A stretch of 64,000 bases of DNA from Blastocladiella emersonii ATCC 22665. Lineage: Eukaryota > Fungi > Blastocladiomycota. Shown here in pieces: positions 24,611 to 36,663 of this stretch; within the stretch, counting starts at the first letter, position 1; each line of letters starts with the position of its first letter. The translations under genes and the position numbers were made by a program. Under the pieces are notes generated by a model that did no database searches, had not been told where the DNA came from, and was given only the letters and a program-made list of their open reading frames with translations. The DNA lies in NCBI GenBank assembly GCA_025594325.1, contig JANHCV010000007.1, forward strand, positions 744,001 to 808,000, written 5' to 3'.

Positions 24611-24962
24611 GGACGGTGTGTCGGGGAGAGGATCAATCAAGTCGATCCGCGGCCTTGGGCTCCGGGGGGCGGCCGGGGTTTATACTGTATTTATCGCCCG
24701 CGGGTCGGAGGGCGGGGGCGCAGCGGGCGACGGTGGTGCGGTCAGGGCGACTCGCCGAAGGTCGATCTAGTGGGCGGCGGGCGCCAGATTAGGCGTCTGT
24801 TCCTGCATCGCTGCGGTTCGGCAGAGAAGTCAAAACGCGTATGTGCGGAAAGGAGAGGAGGCGCCGACGTGCCGACGCGCCGACGGTCCGTCCCCAGATG
24901 GCCCTCATCGCGTGCAGAGTCTCGCTTGTGAATAGCGCGCGTGGGAAGGATCGCGAAACCGC

Positions 24963-25031
24963 GGGCGCTTAGCTCAACGGGCAAGCGCTTGCTTTTGCAA
25001 GCTGGTCGGGGTTCGAACCTCGGCGCATCCA
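24963..25031 (+). pseudogene. Degenerate tRNA-Ala(UGC)-like element with intact A and B boxes
   Basis: GGGCGCT TAGCTCAACGG...CTTGC TTTTGCAA GC TGGTC GGGG TTCGAAC CTCGG CGCATCC A. It has G3:U70 and discriminator A73, but the anticodon stem is broken and there are acceptor mismatches. Confidence 0.6.
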
Positions 25032-25270
25032 CCTCGACAGCCGTGGCCTGCTGGCAGTGCGTGCCCGGCCTCGCCTCGGATTAATCGTCATCAGTGGTGT
25101 TGCCTTCTGCTCGACTTGGACATGAGCAGAAAACTTGGAGTTCCGTCCATCGTGGCCAAGGTCGACTTTTTCACGCCAGCGCGCAACTGCCACGCGTCGT
25201 TCATCGCCAGCGACGTGGCGACTCGCCTTCCGCTCTCCATCTCCTCGCTCCACCTCCCGACTCAGGGACC

Positions 25271-27455
25271 ATGCAACTATCACACTCAATGCAACGCCGA
25301 TATCTCCGCTGGCCGGCCCCACCACGGCTACTCGCCATTGCCGCGTCCATGCCGTTCCTCGGCACGCTGGCGTCGGCAGCACCGACCGAATCCGCAGCCG
25401 CAGCAGCCGAGCCAGACCCCGCAGCGCCGCTGCCCGAGGAAGAGGAGCTGCTGAGCTCGCGCGCGCTGCTGGTGCTCGTGTCGCTGCTGATGGTGACGCT
25501 GTGGGCGTCGTACGTGCTGCAGCGGCACCGGATCCGGATCATCCACGAGTCGGTGGTGGCGCTGGTCCTCGGGTCGACGGTCGGCCTCATCGTGCGCGTG
25601 TCGAGCGTTGGCCCGCACCTCGCCGAGCTGCTGTCGTTCAAGCACACGTATTTCTTCAACCTGATTCTCCCGCCCATCATTCTGCACTCGGGGTACCAGC
25701 TGCGCGAGGTCCTTACTCCATCGTTTCAAACGCTTGAAGCGCAATCCTAACCGCGCGAGCTGCAAGTAGGGCGACTTCTTCGGCCACCTCGGCCCGATCG
25801 CGACGTTTGCGTTCGCGGGCACCTTCACGTCCATCATCGCGATCGGGATCATCGAGTACGCGCTGACGCTGGTGGGCCTGAGCCCGCTGTCGTTTATCGA
25901 GTGCCTGCTGTTTGGGTGCATCCTGTCGTCGACGGACCCCGTCACGGTGCTCGCCATCTTCTCGCAACTGGGCGTCGACGCGCGGCTGTACTCGGTCATC
26001 TTCGGCGAGTCGCTGCTCAACGACAGCGTGGCGATCGTCATGTTCAGCGCGCTCAACGACATGAAGTCGGCCGCGGGCGGTCCCCTGGGCCTGCACCTCC
26101 TGGGCGTGTTCGTGCTGGTGTTCGCGGGCTCGCTAGCGATCGGCGTCGGCATCGGGCTGGCCGCGGCGCTGCTGCTCAAGCACACGGACCTGCACCGGTT
26201 CCCCGGGTGCGAGGCGTGCCTGGTGTCGCTGCTCGCGTACACGGCGTTCCTGCTCGCGCAGGCCGGCGGGCTGTCGGGCATCGTGTCGCTGCTGTTCGCG
26301 GGCATCACGCTCAAGCACTACGCGTACGAGAACATGTCCCGCCGGTCGCAGCTCGCCACCACGTCCCTGTTCGCCACGCTGTCGCAGCTGTCCGAGACCT
26401 TCATCTTCATCCAGCTCGGCATCTCGCTGTTTACGACGCAGCTCGGCGCGTTCTCGGTCCCCATGATCCTCGTCACCTTCTTCGCCATCCTCGTCGCGCG
26501 CTACGTGTCCGTGTTCCCGTTCGCCGCGCTCATCAACGCGATTGGCCGCCGCTGGTTCCCGCGCAACGCTCCGCCACCGTCGGGAAACCGGCCCGCCGCC
26601 GGGTCCATGTTCCTGACCACGGCCTCGTCCGCGGACCTACACCACCACCATCCACGACACCACCCCCGCCCATCTTCGTGGCGCAACCTGTGGAACCTCC
26701 TCTCCCCCACCCCCTCATCCGCCGCCTTGGGCCCCGACGTGATCCCGCGCAACCACCAGATCATGCTATGGTGGGCCGGCCTCCGCGGTGCCGTGTCGTT
26801 CGCACTGGCGCTCGAGTTCACGTCGGCGTCGTCGGACCCGCGCGTCCCCGCGCTGATCCAAAGCACGACGCTCGTCATCGTGCTCGCGACCGTCGTCATC
26901 TTCGGCGGGACCGTCCCGCAGGCGCTCGCGCACTTCAACATCAAGTCGCAGGCCGTCGTCGACAGCGTGTTCGTGCTCGACGACGAAGAGGTGCTGCCGC
27001 GGCTCGTGCCGAGGGCCAGCGCGACGACGAGGGCCAGCTTGCCCGTCGGCGCGACGTCGCGGCGCGGCGGGGTGGCGGGGGCGGGAGTCGGGCCGGCGGT
27101 GAGGCGGAGCGAGAGTATCCCGCTGTTCGGCGCCGCGGTCGTCGAGCAGGACGACGCCGAGGACAGCGGCAGCGACGATAACGCGCCGCCATTAGCCCCG
27201 CTCGGGTCGCGGTCGGGCGCGGACCCAGCGTCGCCGGCCGCGCTCACCACCGACGGAGGCGGGTTGTTCGGTCCTGGACGACAGCGCGCGCGGACGTCGT
27301 CGGCAACCATGACCGGCGCCGCTGGCGCCGCGGCCAGCGAGCCCGCCGCCGCCGCGGAGAACTGGTTCCTGCGGCTCGACCGCGTGTACCTCAAACCCTT
27401 CTTCTCGCGGCCGGGGCGCGAGCATCTCCGCAGCCACGCGCAAGGGGGGCATTGA
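25271..27455 (+). CDS. NHX1: Endosomal Na+/H+ exchanger (CPA1 family); 2 exons (25271-25708, 25770-27455)
   Basis: IIHES, FFNLILPPIILHSGY, ILSSTDPVTVL, IFGESLLNDSVAIV, SGIVSLLF, WWAGLRGAVSFALA. Confidence 0.93.
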
Positions 27456-27514
27456 TGATGATAAAACCTTTTTTTTTGTGAATGAATCCAAAAACGTCAA
27501 CAAAACCTCGCGAC

Positions 27515-29223
27515 CTACTGGGGCGCGGCCCACAGAATGACCTGCTTCGCCGCATCGCTCACCGCAACCACGCCGCGAGCGTGCGCGGTCCACGCGACCT
27601 TGGTGATCGCGCCAGCGCCGGTGACGGCGGACTCGGCGACCTTGGTCCACTTCTTGGCCGCATACGCGAACGCGGCGAGGTGTGCTTCGGCGGTGCCGAC
27701 CGCGAGGTAGTTGCCCGTGTAGTCAAACGCGAGGGCGCGGACGTCGGCGGGGGCGGCGAGGGTGGCGGCGACCTCGAGCTTGCGCAGGTCCCAGATCTGC
27801 ACGTCACTGGCGTTGGCGGCGGCGAGGTGGAACCCGTTCTCGGAGAAGGCGAGGACGGCGGCGTCGGCGGCGTCGGCGGCGAGCGTGGCCACGACTTCGA
27901 GCTCCACCACGTTGTACACGAGGGTCTCGCCGGACACGAGCGCGGCGGCGAGGAGGATGCCGTCCGGGTGCACGGCGATATCGCGGATCGCCGCGGGCGG
28001 GGTGAGCGTGGCGACGAGGGCGCCGTCGGCGGCGGCCGCGTACAGGTGGACCGCGGGCTCGGCCGTGGCGACGAACAGGTAGTTGCCCGACGGGTGCGCG
28101 GCGAGGGCGACGACGGGCGCGGGGGTCTGGATGTTGAGCGACACTTCGGCGTGCGTCGCGACAATGACGTGGTCCTTGACGGCGCCGGCGAACACGGGGG
28201 TGTCGGTGTCGTGCGACAGGACGACGAGTGAGGACACCTTGCTCGCCTTGAGCTGGCCGGGCAGATGGCCGGCGAGCTGCTTGGACGCCCAGTCGACGGT
28301 GGCGGTGCCGCGCGACTTGCCCGCGATGGCGAGGAGGGTGGGGGCGTCGGTAGCCGGGTTGGGCGTCACGACGGCGAGCGAGGCCAGGCCGGCGTAGCTC
28401 GACTCGAGCACTGTCGAGGGGGTGAAGGCGGCCAGGTCGTCGGCGGTCGCGGTCTCGGGCGTCTTGCGCTTCTTGCGGGTCTTGCTCAGGCTGAATGAGT
28501 GGGGAAGCGGGTTAGTGTGTGCGAAGGCCAGCGGCGTGGGAGAGAGCGCGCGTACCGCTCGTTGGTGGCCTCGAAATCGGCGACCACGTCTGCTGGCAGC
28601 GCAGCGGCGGGCGCGGCGGTGGGCGACGCGGGGGCAGCGACGGCCGCGTCGACATCCATGGCATCCGACACAGACGCTGCTGGTGCCGCCGCAACCGGCG
28701 CCGCAGCGGGAACCGCACCAGTCCGGATCTGGCGCTTGAGCGCGTCAATCTCGAGCTTGAGGGTATCCTTCTCGGCCATAAGCCGGGCGACGACGCGGCA
28801 CGCGGCGTCGTGCTGGTAGAGCGCGCGCGAGAGCTCCTGGCGGACCTGGGCGTTCTGGACCTTGAGGGCGTGGGTCTCGAGCATGGCCGCGTCCCACTCG
28901 GCCTGGAGCGAGCGCAGCAGCGACGGGATCGAGGTGGCGCTAGCGGGCTTGGGCGCCACGGCGACGCTCGACGGCGTGTCCGAGCCCGCGGGCGGCTGCT
29001 TGACGGCAAACAGGTCGTCGCGCGTCAGCGGCTCGCCCGACACGGGGCACACGGACCCGTTCGACGCGAGCGCCTGCTCGATCAGGCGCCGCTCGAACAC
29101 GTAGCCCGTGCGCGAGACTACGGGCTCGGCGCACGGTTGGCCGGAGACTATGAAGGGTGGGGCGTGAGAAGTGGTCTTGGCGGGGCGCGAGCGCGCGGGT
29201 GGGGGCGTACTGCTGCAGAACAT
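27515..29223 (-). CDS. PRP19: Pre-mRNA-processing factor 19 (U-box, coiled coil, WD40); multi-exon
   Basis: MFCS|ISG..EPVVSRTGYVFERRLIE..CPVSGEPL, TSIPSLL..LQAEWDA, RQELSRALYQHDAACRVVARL, and WD40 repeats (HPDG, FSENG, IWDLRKL). Confidence 0.95.
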
Positions 29224-29496
29224 GCTGGTTCCGACGGTGCTGCTGCGGGTGGTGGTGCGTCAGAGATCCGTTGCAGAGCAGGGCAGTCGATGGTGCCGAG
29301 AGGAGCGCCTCCCTCCCCTCAACGTCGCCGTCGCGGCGCAGCGAGAGCGACGCAACGCGCGGCGAGCGTCAGCTGGACTCGCATGATCGGCTGGCCGATC
29401 TCTCTCCCTCTCGCCCCCTTTCCGCTGCGCCCCGCGCCACCGCGTCGTCTCCGCTCCCACGCCCACCAAAGCGCACACCCACAAATCACAAACACC

Positions 29497-30057
29497 ATGG
29501 ATGACTCGGAGCTCGCCCAGATCCGCGCCCGCCGCATGGTGCGTGCGGCCCTCGCGCGACGACAACGACCGGCGCGCTCATCGCGGATGGACGTGTAGGC
29601 GGAGCTGCAGGCGCGCAAGGCCGCGTCGAGCGGCGGCGCCGGCGGCATGGACCTCGGCGGCATGGTGGGCTCGGGTGCCGGCGGCATGAAGGGCGGTAAC
29701 GGCGAGGACGACGCCAAGAAGGCGCAGGCCGAGGAGATGCGCAAGACCATGGTACGCCCTGGTCGCACGACGCGCGCCACAGGCGGTCCGTAACACGCTC
29801 GCGTACCCGTGTAGCTCATGTCGATCCTCGACAACGAGGCGCGCGAGCGGCTGTCGCGCATCGCCATCGTCAAACCGAGCAACGCGCGCGCCGTCGAGGA
29901 CATGGTGCTGCGCATGGCGCAGACGGGCCAGCTGCGCGGCAAGGTCACCGAGGACCAGCTCATCGACCTGCTCGGCAACATCTCGGACGCCAAGGCCGAG
30001 ACCAAGGTTGTCTTCAACCGCCGGAGGGCGCTCGACTCGGACGACGACGACTGGTAG
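29497..30057 (+). CDS. PDCD5: Programmed cell death protein 5 homologue; 3 exons
   Basis: MDDSELAQIRARRM, ILDNEARERLSRIAIVKP, GKVTEDQLIDLL and FNRRR..DSDDDDW. Confidence 0.92.
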
Positions 30058-30182
30058 TCGCTCGCCGTCTCCCGCTGTTCAATACATTCCTCATCTGACA
30101 CGCGCACATGTTCCGTTGGCTCGTTGGTATGACTGACTGATGTACATTGAAAAAACTCTCAATAACACACGACAAAGAGACC

Positions 30183-30727
30183 TTACTCGTAGATGAGCGA
30201 GTCGATGACCTTGGTGTAGGTGTTGACGCCCTCGGGGAACCAGAGAGCAATCTCCTTCTCGGCCGACTCGACGGCGTCCGAGCCGTGGCAGATGTTGCGG
30301 CCGACGTCAATGGCAAAGTCGCCGCGGATCGTGCCGGGGGCCGAGTCGCGGGGGTTGGTGGCGCCGAGCATGACGCGGCCGGTGCGGACGACGTCCTTGC
30401 CAACCCACACCATGGCGACCACGGGGCCCGAGGTCATGTACTTGATGAGGCCGGGGAAGAAGGCCTTGGCCTTGAGGTCGGCGTAGTGCTCCTCGAGGTG
30501 CGCCTGGGTCGGGGTCACCATCTTGAGGGCAGCGAGCTTGAAGCCGCGGGTCTCGAAGCGCTTGATGATCTCGCCAACAAGGCCACGGGCAACGCCTGGA
30601 AGCAGAGCGGCGGAGTCGTTCGTGAGCTCGCGATCAGACCACGACGACGAGCGCGGGCGCGCGCCGCCGATCAGCGAGCAGCCGTACCGTCGGGCTTGAC
30701 CATGATGTAGGTGCGCTCGGTAGCCAT
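30183..30727 (-). CDS. NDK1: Nucleoside diphosphate kinase; 2 exons
   Basis: [46 protein letters not shown]. Confidence 0.97.
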
Positions 30728-31129
30728 GTTGAGGATGTTGGTGGTGGTTGGGCGGGGTACAGCAAGTATCTCGGGCAAGGGGATCGGAGCGCGGGCGGGC
30801 GACGGGGGGCGCTCGTCGCTTTTGTACGGCCGCCCTCCTCGAGCCTCGAAGGCGGCGAAGCGAACGTGCCCGTCTTGTTGATCATGCACACGTGTGCCTG
30901 CTGCAAGCTTCCTTGCCTTTCTCGTTGCCCTCGCAAACGCGTTGCTCGCGGACCGCGTAGTTACCGCGCACGCGGGGTCAGCTGACCTGCGTACACCTGG
31001 GAGACGCGTGGCTGCGTGGCTGTGCCTCCCGCCTGCCTCGCTCGCGGCCGCGCTGCTGGCCGCTGCCGGCCGCACGCGTTTCTCCACCGCATGCCGATGC
31101 AACGCTGCAGAACCTCACCCCAAGCAACC

Positions 31130-32237
31130 ATGTCGTTCCTCGGCGTCGAGATCACCAAGGACTCGGTCTTCGAGACCCAGCTGCCCGCGGCGCTGCGCCT
31201 GACCATGGCGGCGCTGCCGCACAAGCTCGCCGACAAGAACGGCCGCAGCACGCTGTCGCTGGCCACCGACGACAACGAGTTTGTCCCCGTGTGCTCGCTC
31301 ATCGCCGGCAAGGTCGAGCAGCAGGCGCTCGACATTGAGCTCGAGCCCGGATGCGAGCTCCGCATCAAGGTCGAGGGCGCCAAGTACGTTTTTGTTTTGT
31401 GCGGTCTGTGAGTTTGATCACGGCCGCTGACGCGTCTCTGACGACTGTAGCCCCATCTCGCTCTCGGGCTACTTCTCGGCCGACCAGGACGAGGTGTCCG
31501 ACGGCGAGGACGACGAGGAGCACGTCCACGGCTCTGACTGCGACCACGACGACGAGGAGGAGGAGTCTGAGGACGAGGAGGAGGCCGCTGCCGAGGCCGC
31601 CGCCGCTGCCGAGGCCGAAGCCAAGAAGCAGAAGGCTGCCGCCGCCGCCGAGGCCAAGAAGAAGGCCGACAAGGCCGCTGCCGAGGCCAAGAAGAAGGCC
31701 GCGGCCGAGAAGGCTGCTGCCGACGCTGCCGCCAAGAAGGCCGCCGCAGAGACCGAGTCCAAGAAGCGCAAGGCCGAGGAGTCGGCGGCCACCGAGAAGG
31801 AGGCCAAGAAGCCCAAGGCCGAGGAGACGGTGACGCTCAAGGGCGGGCTCAAGTACGTGAACCTGACGGCCGCGGACGCGACGGCGCCCAAGGCCAAGGC
31901 CGGCCAGACGGTGCAGATGCGGTACATTGGCAAGCTCACCAACGGCAAGGTGTTCGACTCCAACACCAAGGGCGCGCCCTTCTCGTTCAAGCTCGGCCGC
32001 GGCGAGGTGATCGCCGGGTGGGACCAGGGGATCCCCGGCATGGCCGTCGGCCAGCGCCGCAAGCTCACCATCCCCCCGAAGATGGCCTACGGCGCCCGCG
32101 GCGCGCCCCCGGACATTCCGCCCGTACGTTTTCTCTTCTTGTGCGAGTGCCTCGATCGGCTGCTGACTTCTCTCGCCCTCGCCCTGTAGAACGCCACCCT
32201 CGAGTTCGAGGTCAAGCTCCTCGGCATCCGCAAGTAG
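31130..32237 (+). CDS. FPR3: Nucleolar FKBP-type peptidyl-prolyl isomerase (nucleoplasmin-like domain, acidic/Lys-rich linker, FKBP domain); 3 exons
   Basis: N-terminal nucleoplasmin-like domain, E/D and K/A tracts, then MRYIGKLTNGKVFDSN, FKLGRGEVIAGWDQG, RKLTIPP.MAYG and TLEFEVKL. FPR3 versus FPR4 orthology cannot be resolved. Confidence 0.9.
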
Positions 32238-32491
32238 AGCGTTCGCCCCGCGCGCGTCCCGCCGTGCACGACTTGACTTTCTCGAGACAATCTCCGAATA
32301 CATTTATCGCCCGTTAGCTTCGACCACCACCGCGTCTCCTGTCCTCGTTGAGAACGGTGAGCGAAGTGCACCCGTTCAGCGCGCGCGTGCCCGCGTTCGC
32401 CTCGCGTTCGCGTTCGCGCGTCGGCGAACCGTACAAGTACCGCCCGCGCCCCCCGTCTCCCTGGACTGCTCGCCCACCCAAGCTCGCCAAG

Positions 32492-33694
32492 ATGATGATG
32501 ATGATGGATTCCTCCCACCACGACGCGCCGGCCGCGTGCGCCGGCAGCAACGACGACCTGGCCGCAGCGCCCATGTTCACGCAGATCCCGGTGCTCGACG
32601 TGTCGCGTCTCTACGCTTCGCCCGCCGACCGCGCGGCGTTCTGCGAGGACCCCGCCGAGCTCGCCCGCCTCGCCCTCACGCTGCGCGACGCGTGCGAGAA
32701 CGTCGGCTTCTTCCTCGTGACGGGCCACGGCGTCGACCCGGCGCCCATGTTCCGCGAGGCACGGCGCTTCTTCTCCCTCCCACTCGCGACCAAGCACGCG
32801 ACGACGGTCGCCAACAACCGCGGGTACTTTGGGATCGGCGCCGAGAACCTCAACCCGGAGACGCAGACGGGCGCGGGCGATCTCAAGGAGGGTCTGGATA
32901 TCGGGCCCGAGGTCCCGTACACGATGCCCGAGGACGCGTCGGCCGAGATGGCCGCGGCCATCGCGGCGCTGCGCAAGCCCAACAAGTGGGTCAGCGAGCA
33001 AGACCTGCCGGGGTTCCGCGCGGCCGCCATGGACTACTACGCGCGTGCGTCGGGCGTCGCGGACGTGGTCCTGCGGGTCCTCGCCGTGGCCATGGGCCAG
33101 CGCGCCGACTTCTTCCACGCGGTCGGCGGCGCGTACCCGTTCGGCCAGCTGCGTCTCGTGCGGTACCCGGCAGCCGCGAAAGCGGACGCGAAGCAGCTTG
33201 GGTGCGGCGCGCACAGCGACTACGGGTGCATCACGGTGCTCGCGGCCGATGCGCCGGGGCTGCAGGTGTACCTGTCGTTGGCGGCGGCGCGCAAGTACGG
33301 CGTGGCGGGGTCCGCGGAGACGGAGGTCAAGGCGCACCCGACGTCGCGGCAGTACGGGGCCGAGCGCGGCGGGACGTAGGTCCGCGTACCCGTCGTGGCC
33401 GGCGCGTTCGTGGTCAACGTCGCCGACATGGTGTCGCGGTGGACCAACAAGCGGTTCAAGTCGACGCTGCACCGCGTCGTGCACGTTGGGGACCCCGAGG
33501 CGGACCGCGTCAGCATCCCGCTGTTCTACGACGTCGACCTGACGACCGAGGTGCGCGTGCTGCCCGAGTTCCTGCCCGGCGGCAAGCTCGCGGACCCGCG
33601 CGAGACGGTGAACCACTTCCCCGAGCCGATCACGGTCGGCGAGCATTTCGCGAAAATGTTTGCGTCCACGTTCATCCCGGCCGCGGACGAGTGA
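32492..33694 (+). CDS. 2-oxoglutarate/Fe(II)-dependent dioxygenase (IPNS/DIOX family) interrupted by an in-frame TAG at 33377-33379
   Basis: IPVLD, ACENVGFFLVTGHG, HSDYGCITVL (HxD), VVNVADM..RWTN.RFKSTLHRV and RVSIPLF (RxS). The segments before and after the TAG are in the same frame. Confidence 0.85.
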
Positions 33695-33718
33695 TTGGGG
33701 GTACGGTATCGGGTGTAT

Positions 33719-33750
33719 GCGATGCGAATGAATGCGATGCGATGCGATGC
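33719..33750 (+). repeat. (GATGC)n microsatellite between convergent genes
   Basis: gcgatgcgaatgaatgcgatgcgatgcgatgc. Confidence 0.6.
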
Positions 33751-33816
33751 TATGTACAAAACGCGCGAGAGAGGCACGGACAGCTCGCGCGGCCAAGGTC
33801 ACAGCCGCGGCCACGA

Positions 33817-35595
33817 TCACTCGGCCATGGACCCGCGGCCGCGCATGGCCGACATGAGCAGCCGCTTGAGCGAGTGGTGCGGCTTGGCCGGCTTCGCGTT
33901 CGCGCTGGCGCCCGCCTCGCCGGCCGACGACATCCGCTGCGTGGGGGCGGGGGCGGGCACCGCGACACTCGTCGACGGCGCGACGATGACGGGCGCGTGG
34001 ACGGGTGCCGTGTGCGGGCGCAGCATGACGAGCGACTTCCACCCGGCCGACACCGGGACCGAGGGTGCGGCTTCGGGGTGCGCACACGAGAGCGCCGGCG
34101 GCGGGGTCACGGGCTCGCCGTGCGCGAGGGCGTCGAAGGCGAGGTGGTCCGAGTGCGAGCAGGTCGAGGCCGAGCCCGAGATGTGTGACGATGACGTGAA
34201 GGTCGATGCGGCGGCCGAGTCGATCTGCATGGGCGACTGGACGAGGTCGCCGAGCAGCAGCGAGCCGCTGGACGACGCGGCGGTGGCGGTCGCGGTCGGG
34301 ATCGAGAGGAACAGCGGATCGCCCATGCTGAACCGATTCTTGGTGTCGTTGTCCGACTCGGTGATGTCGTCGACCTCGGCGTCAGCGGAGTCCGGGTTGA
34401 GCGACATGGCCGAGTCGGAGGCGTGCAGCGCGGGGTGCGGCTTGGCCGAGTCGAGCTCGGCGGCGGCGGGCGGCGGCGAGTCGGCGTGAAGTGGACCGCC
34501 GTCGCCCGTCGCGACGTGCGGCTCCTGGCCGTCGTCGTTGTCACTCGCGGCCGATGGATCGCGTGCGACAGCAGCCGACGACACCTCGGTGGCACGCAGC
34601 CCGTAGTCGCCGGTGGCCAGCGATGCCGTGTCGGTAGCCAGCGAAGCCGCGTAGTCGTTGTTCGTGGCGGACTCGGCGATGGCCGCCGGCGGCACGTCGT
34701 GCAGCTCCTCCTGCTCAGCCGTGAGGCGCAGCGAGCCGTCCGAAACGAAGAGCGACATGCGGTTGTAGTATCCGACGTCACCGTCGCGGTCGTCATCGTC
34801 ATGGTTGCCGCCGGGCTGCGACGCGATGGGCGACTCGTCCGCGGCCGCCGCAGCAGCGATCCCCTCGGACCACGTCTTGGACCGCGCGATCCCGCCAGCG
34901 CCCGGGTGCGGGTGTGGATGGAGCGCGTCGTCGAGCGAGGGCGCCGAGAGGTCGAGGCCGCGGATCGACAGGTCGGCCGAGTTGGAGTAGTAGCGCGGGT
35001 CCGAGGGCGCCGCGTCCATGATGGCGGCGAGCAGGCGGTCCTGCGCGGCGGCGGCGGGGCTGTCGTCGCGGTACACCATGGCGGGACCGGGGCTCGAGGT
35101 GCGCGTGGTGGTGGCGGTGCGCTCGCCGCCCGCGGACTCGAAGAAAGCGACGCGGTGGGCGACGGTCGGCGACGTGTGCTCAGCGGACGGGATGCGCGAG
35201 TGCGGGCGCGTGGACGAGGGCGTCGGGCACTGCGAGGCGAGGAGGTAGGGGACAGCGGGGTCCGGGTTGGCGACGCACCACTTGTTGTTGACGTTGCCGT
35301 GCGGGTCGGTCGCGGTCGGGTAGGCGGCGCAGGTGCGCCAGTGGACGCCGTCGACGATGAACTTGAAGGTGTGGACGCGGTGCTGGTCGGCCCACGGCAG
35401 CGGGACCGCGGCGAGCCAGACGCGGCCGGGCGCGCCGACGGGGGCGGGAGCGGGCCGCATCGCAATCGACCGCGCCCACTGGTCGAAAGAGCCGGTCAGC
35501 GTCACGGCGTGCGGGGTCGGGTCGCCGGGCGGGACCTCGTAGACAAAGTGGTGGACGTGGCAGCACTGCATCGCGCCGGCGGCCGAGGCGGCCAT
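33817..35595 (-). CDS. CBM48/AMPK-beta-type glycogen-binding domain protein (Crp1/Mdg1-like) with long disordered tail
   Basis: VTLTGSFDQW, FKFIVDGVHW and DPHGNVNN define the CBM48 module. The remainder is S/D/A/P-rich. Confidence 0.8.
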   Translation of the reverse strand: MAASAAGAMQCCHVHHFVYEVPPGDPTPHAVTLTGSFDQWARSIAMRPAPAPVGAPGRVWLAAVPLPWADQHRVHTFKFIVDGVHWRTCAAYPTATDPHGNVNNKWCVANPDPAVPYLLASQCPTPSSTRPHSRIPSAEHTSPTVAHRVAFFESAGGERTATTTRTSSPGPAMVYRDDSPAAAAQDRLLAAIMDAAPSDPRYYSNSADLSIRGLDLSAPSLDDALHPHPHPGAGGIARSKTWSEGIAAAAAADESPIASQPGGNHDDDDRDGDVGYYNRMSLFVSDGSLRLTAEQEELHDVPPAAIAESATNNDYAASLATDTASLATGDYGLRATEVSSAAVARDPSAASDNDDGQEPHVATGDGGPLHADSPPPAAAELDSAKPHPALHASDSAMSLNPDSADAEVDDITESDNDTKNRFSMGDPLFLSIPTATATAASSSGSLLLGDLVQSPMQIDSAAASTFTSSSHISGSASTCSHSDHLAFDALAHGEPVTPPPALSCAHPEAAPSVPVSAGWKSLVMLRPHTAPVHAPVIVAPSTSVAVPAPAPTQRMSSAGEAGASANAKPAKPHHSLKRLLMSAMRGRGSMAE

Positions 35596-36663
35596 GGTGG
35601 CAACGGGATGGTGGCGACGAGATGGTGGCGGGCGGCAGGCAGGGTGGCGGTCGAGTGGAACTAGATCCAGGAGCCAAGGGCTTGAGCAGAGGAGCTAACG
35701 GTGCAGCCGAGAGAGGGAGCGTTGATCGGCAGGGCGAGCTCGGTGGCGATGAAGGCCGGATCGGCGGGCGGGAGCACAAGAGGATACCGGCAAAGAAGAC
35801 TGGGGCGGGTCCCACGCACGCGGCGAGTCGCGAAGTTGCAGGTGCACGGCAGCGTGGGATCGCCCAGCACGTGCGGGGCTCGCCTTCCCTCGCCAAAAGC
35901 GCTGTGCACGAAGGCAAGCGCGGAACGCGGAACGGGGCGGGCGGAGACGCGTCGGCCCGCGTTGCTCTCGATGCGAGACATCACGTGCGCGTCGCGCCGC
36001 GAACAAACCGGTCGTGCTGGTCCGGGGCGTCGGGCCGATCGGCGTGCCCCTTGCACCGCGATCTCGGCGTGGCCGCGCCCGTTGCTGTTGCCCCTTGTCC
36101 TCGGGCGTCCCCTGCCCCGCAAGCAGCGACAAGCACCGCGGTGGGATGGATGCCGTCACCGTGAGGTGCTGCTGACTGATATGCGCGCATGCGTCGCGTG
36201 CCGGACGTCTCCCGTCTCCGCTGCCGTCGTCGTCGCGGCGGGGCGGGGTGGGAGAGCGGGGCGGGTCAAGCACGATCGCGTCTGCGGCCGGGCGACCGCG
36301 CTCACCCGACGCACAAGGGCCGCCCGATATCTGCGCAGCGGGTGGGGGAGCCGTGCTGCGGGACGCGCCGCCGTCGCACAAGCAGGACGGCAAGGACGGG
36401 GAGAAGGAGGAGCGAGGAGAACAAGGGAACAAGGCCCGGTTCGCTGCCGCACCTTCGGCCGCTCGCCCGCTCGCCCGCTCGCTGCGCCGCCGCCCTCTCT
36501 CTCCCTCGCCTCGCTTCCTCCTCGTCCTCTCCTGCCATTTCGCTCACTACGCGCAACGCACTGCTTTCAACGTATTCGTCGCGCTCTGCTCGCCGCACGC
36601 CGCACGCCGCTCGGTCCATCATCACTCGGCGACTCAACGACCGACCGACCGACCAACCCGGCC

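Noticed and set aside
32492-32506. Five consecutive ATG codons at the oxygenase start
   Set aside because: Most simply a short (ATG)n microsatellite. The true start among them cannot be chosen and no function is supported.
33266-33379. A 114-nt intron that would remove the TAG in the 2OG oxygenase
   Set aside because: There is no CTRAC branch point, the segment has coding-like codons, and splicing would delete the conserved GxW. Kept only as an alternative to test.
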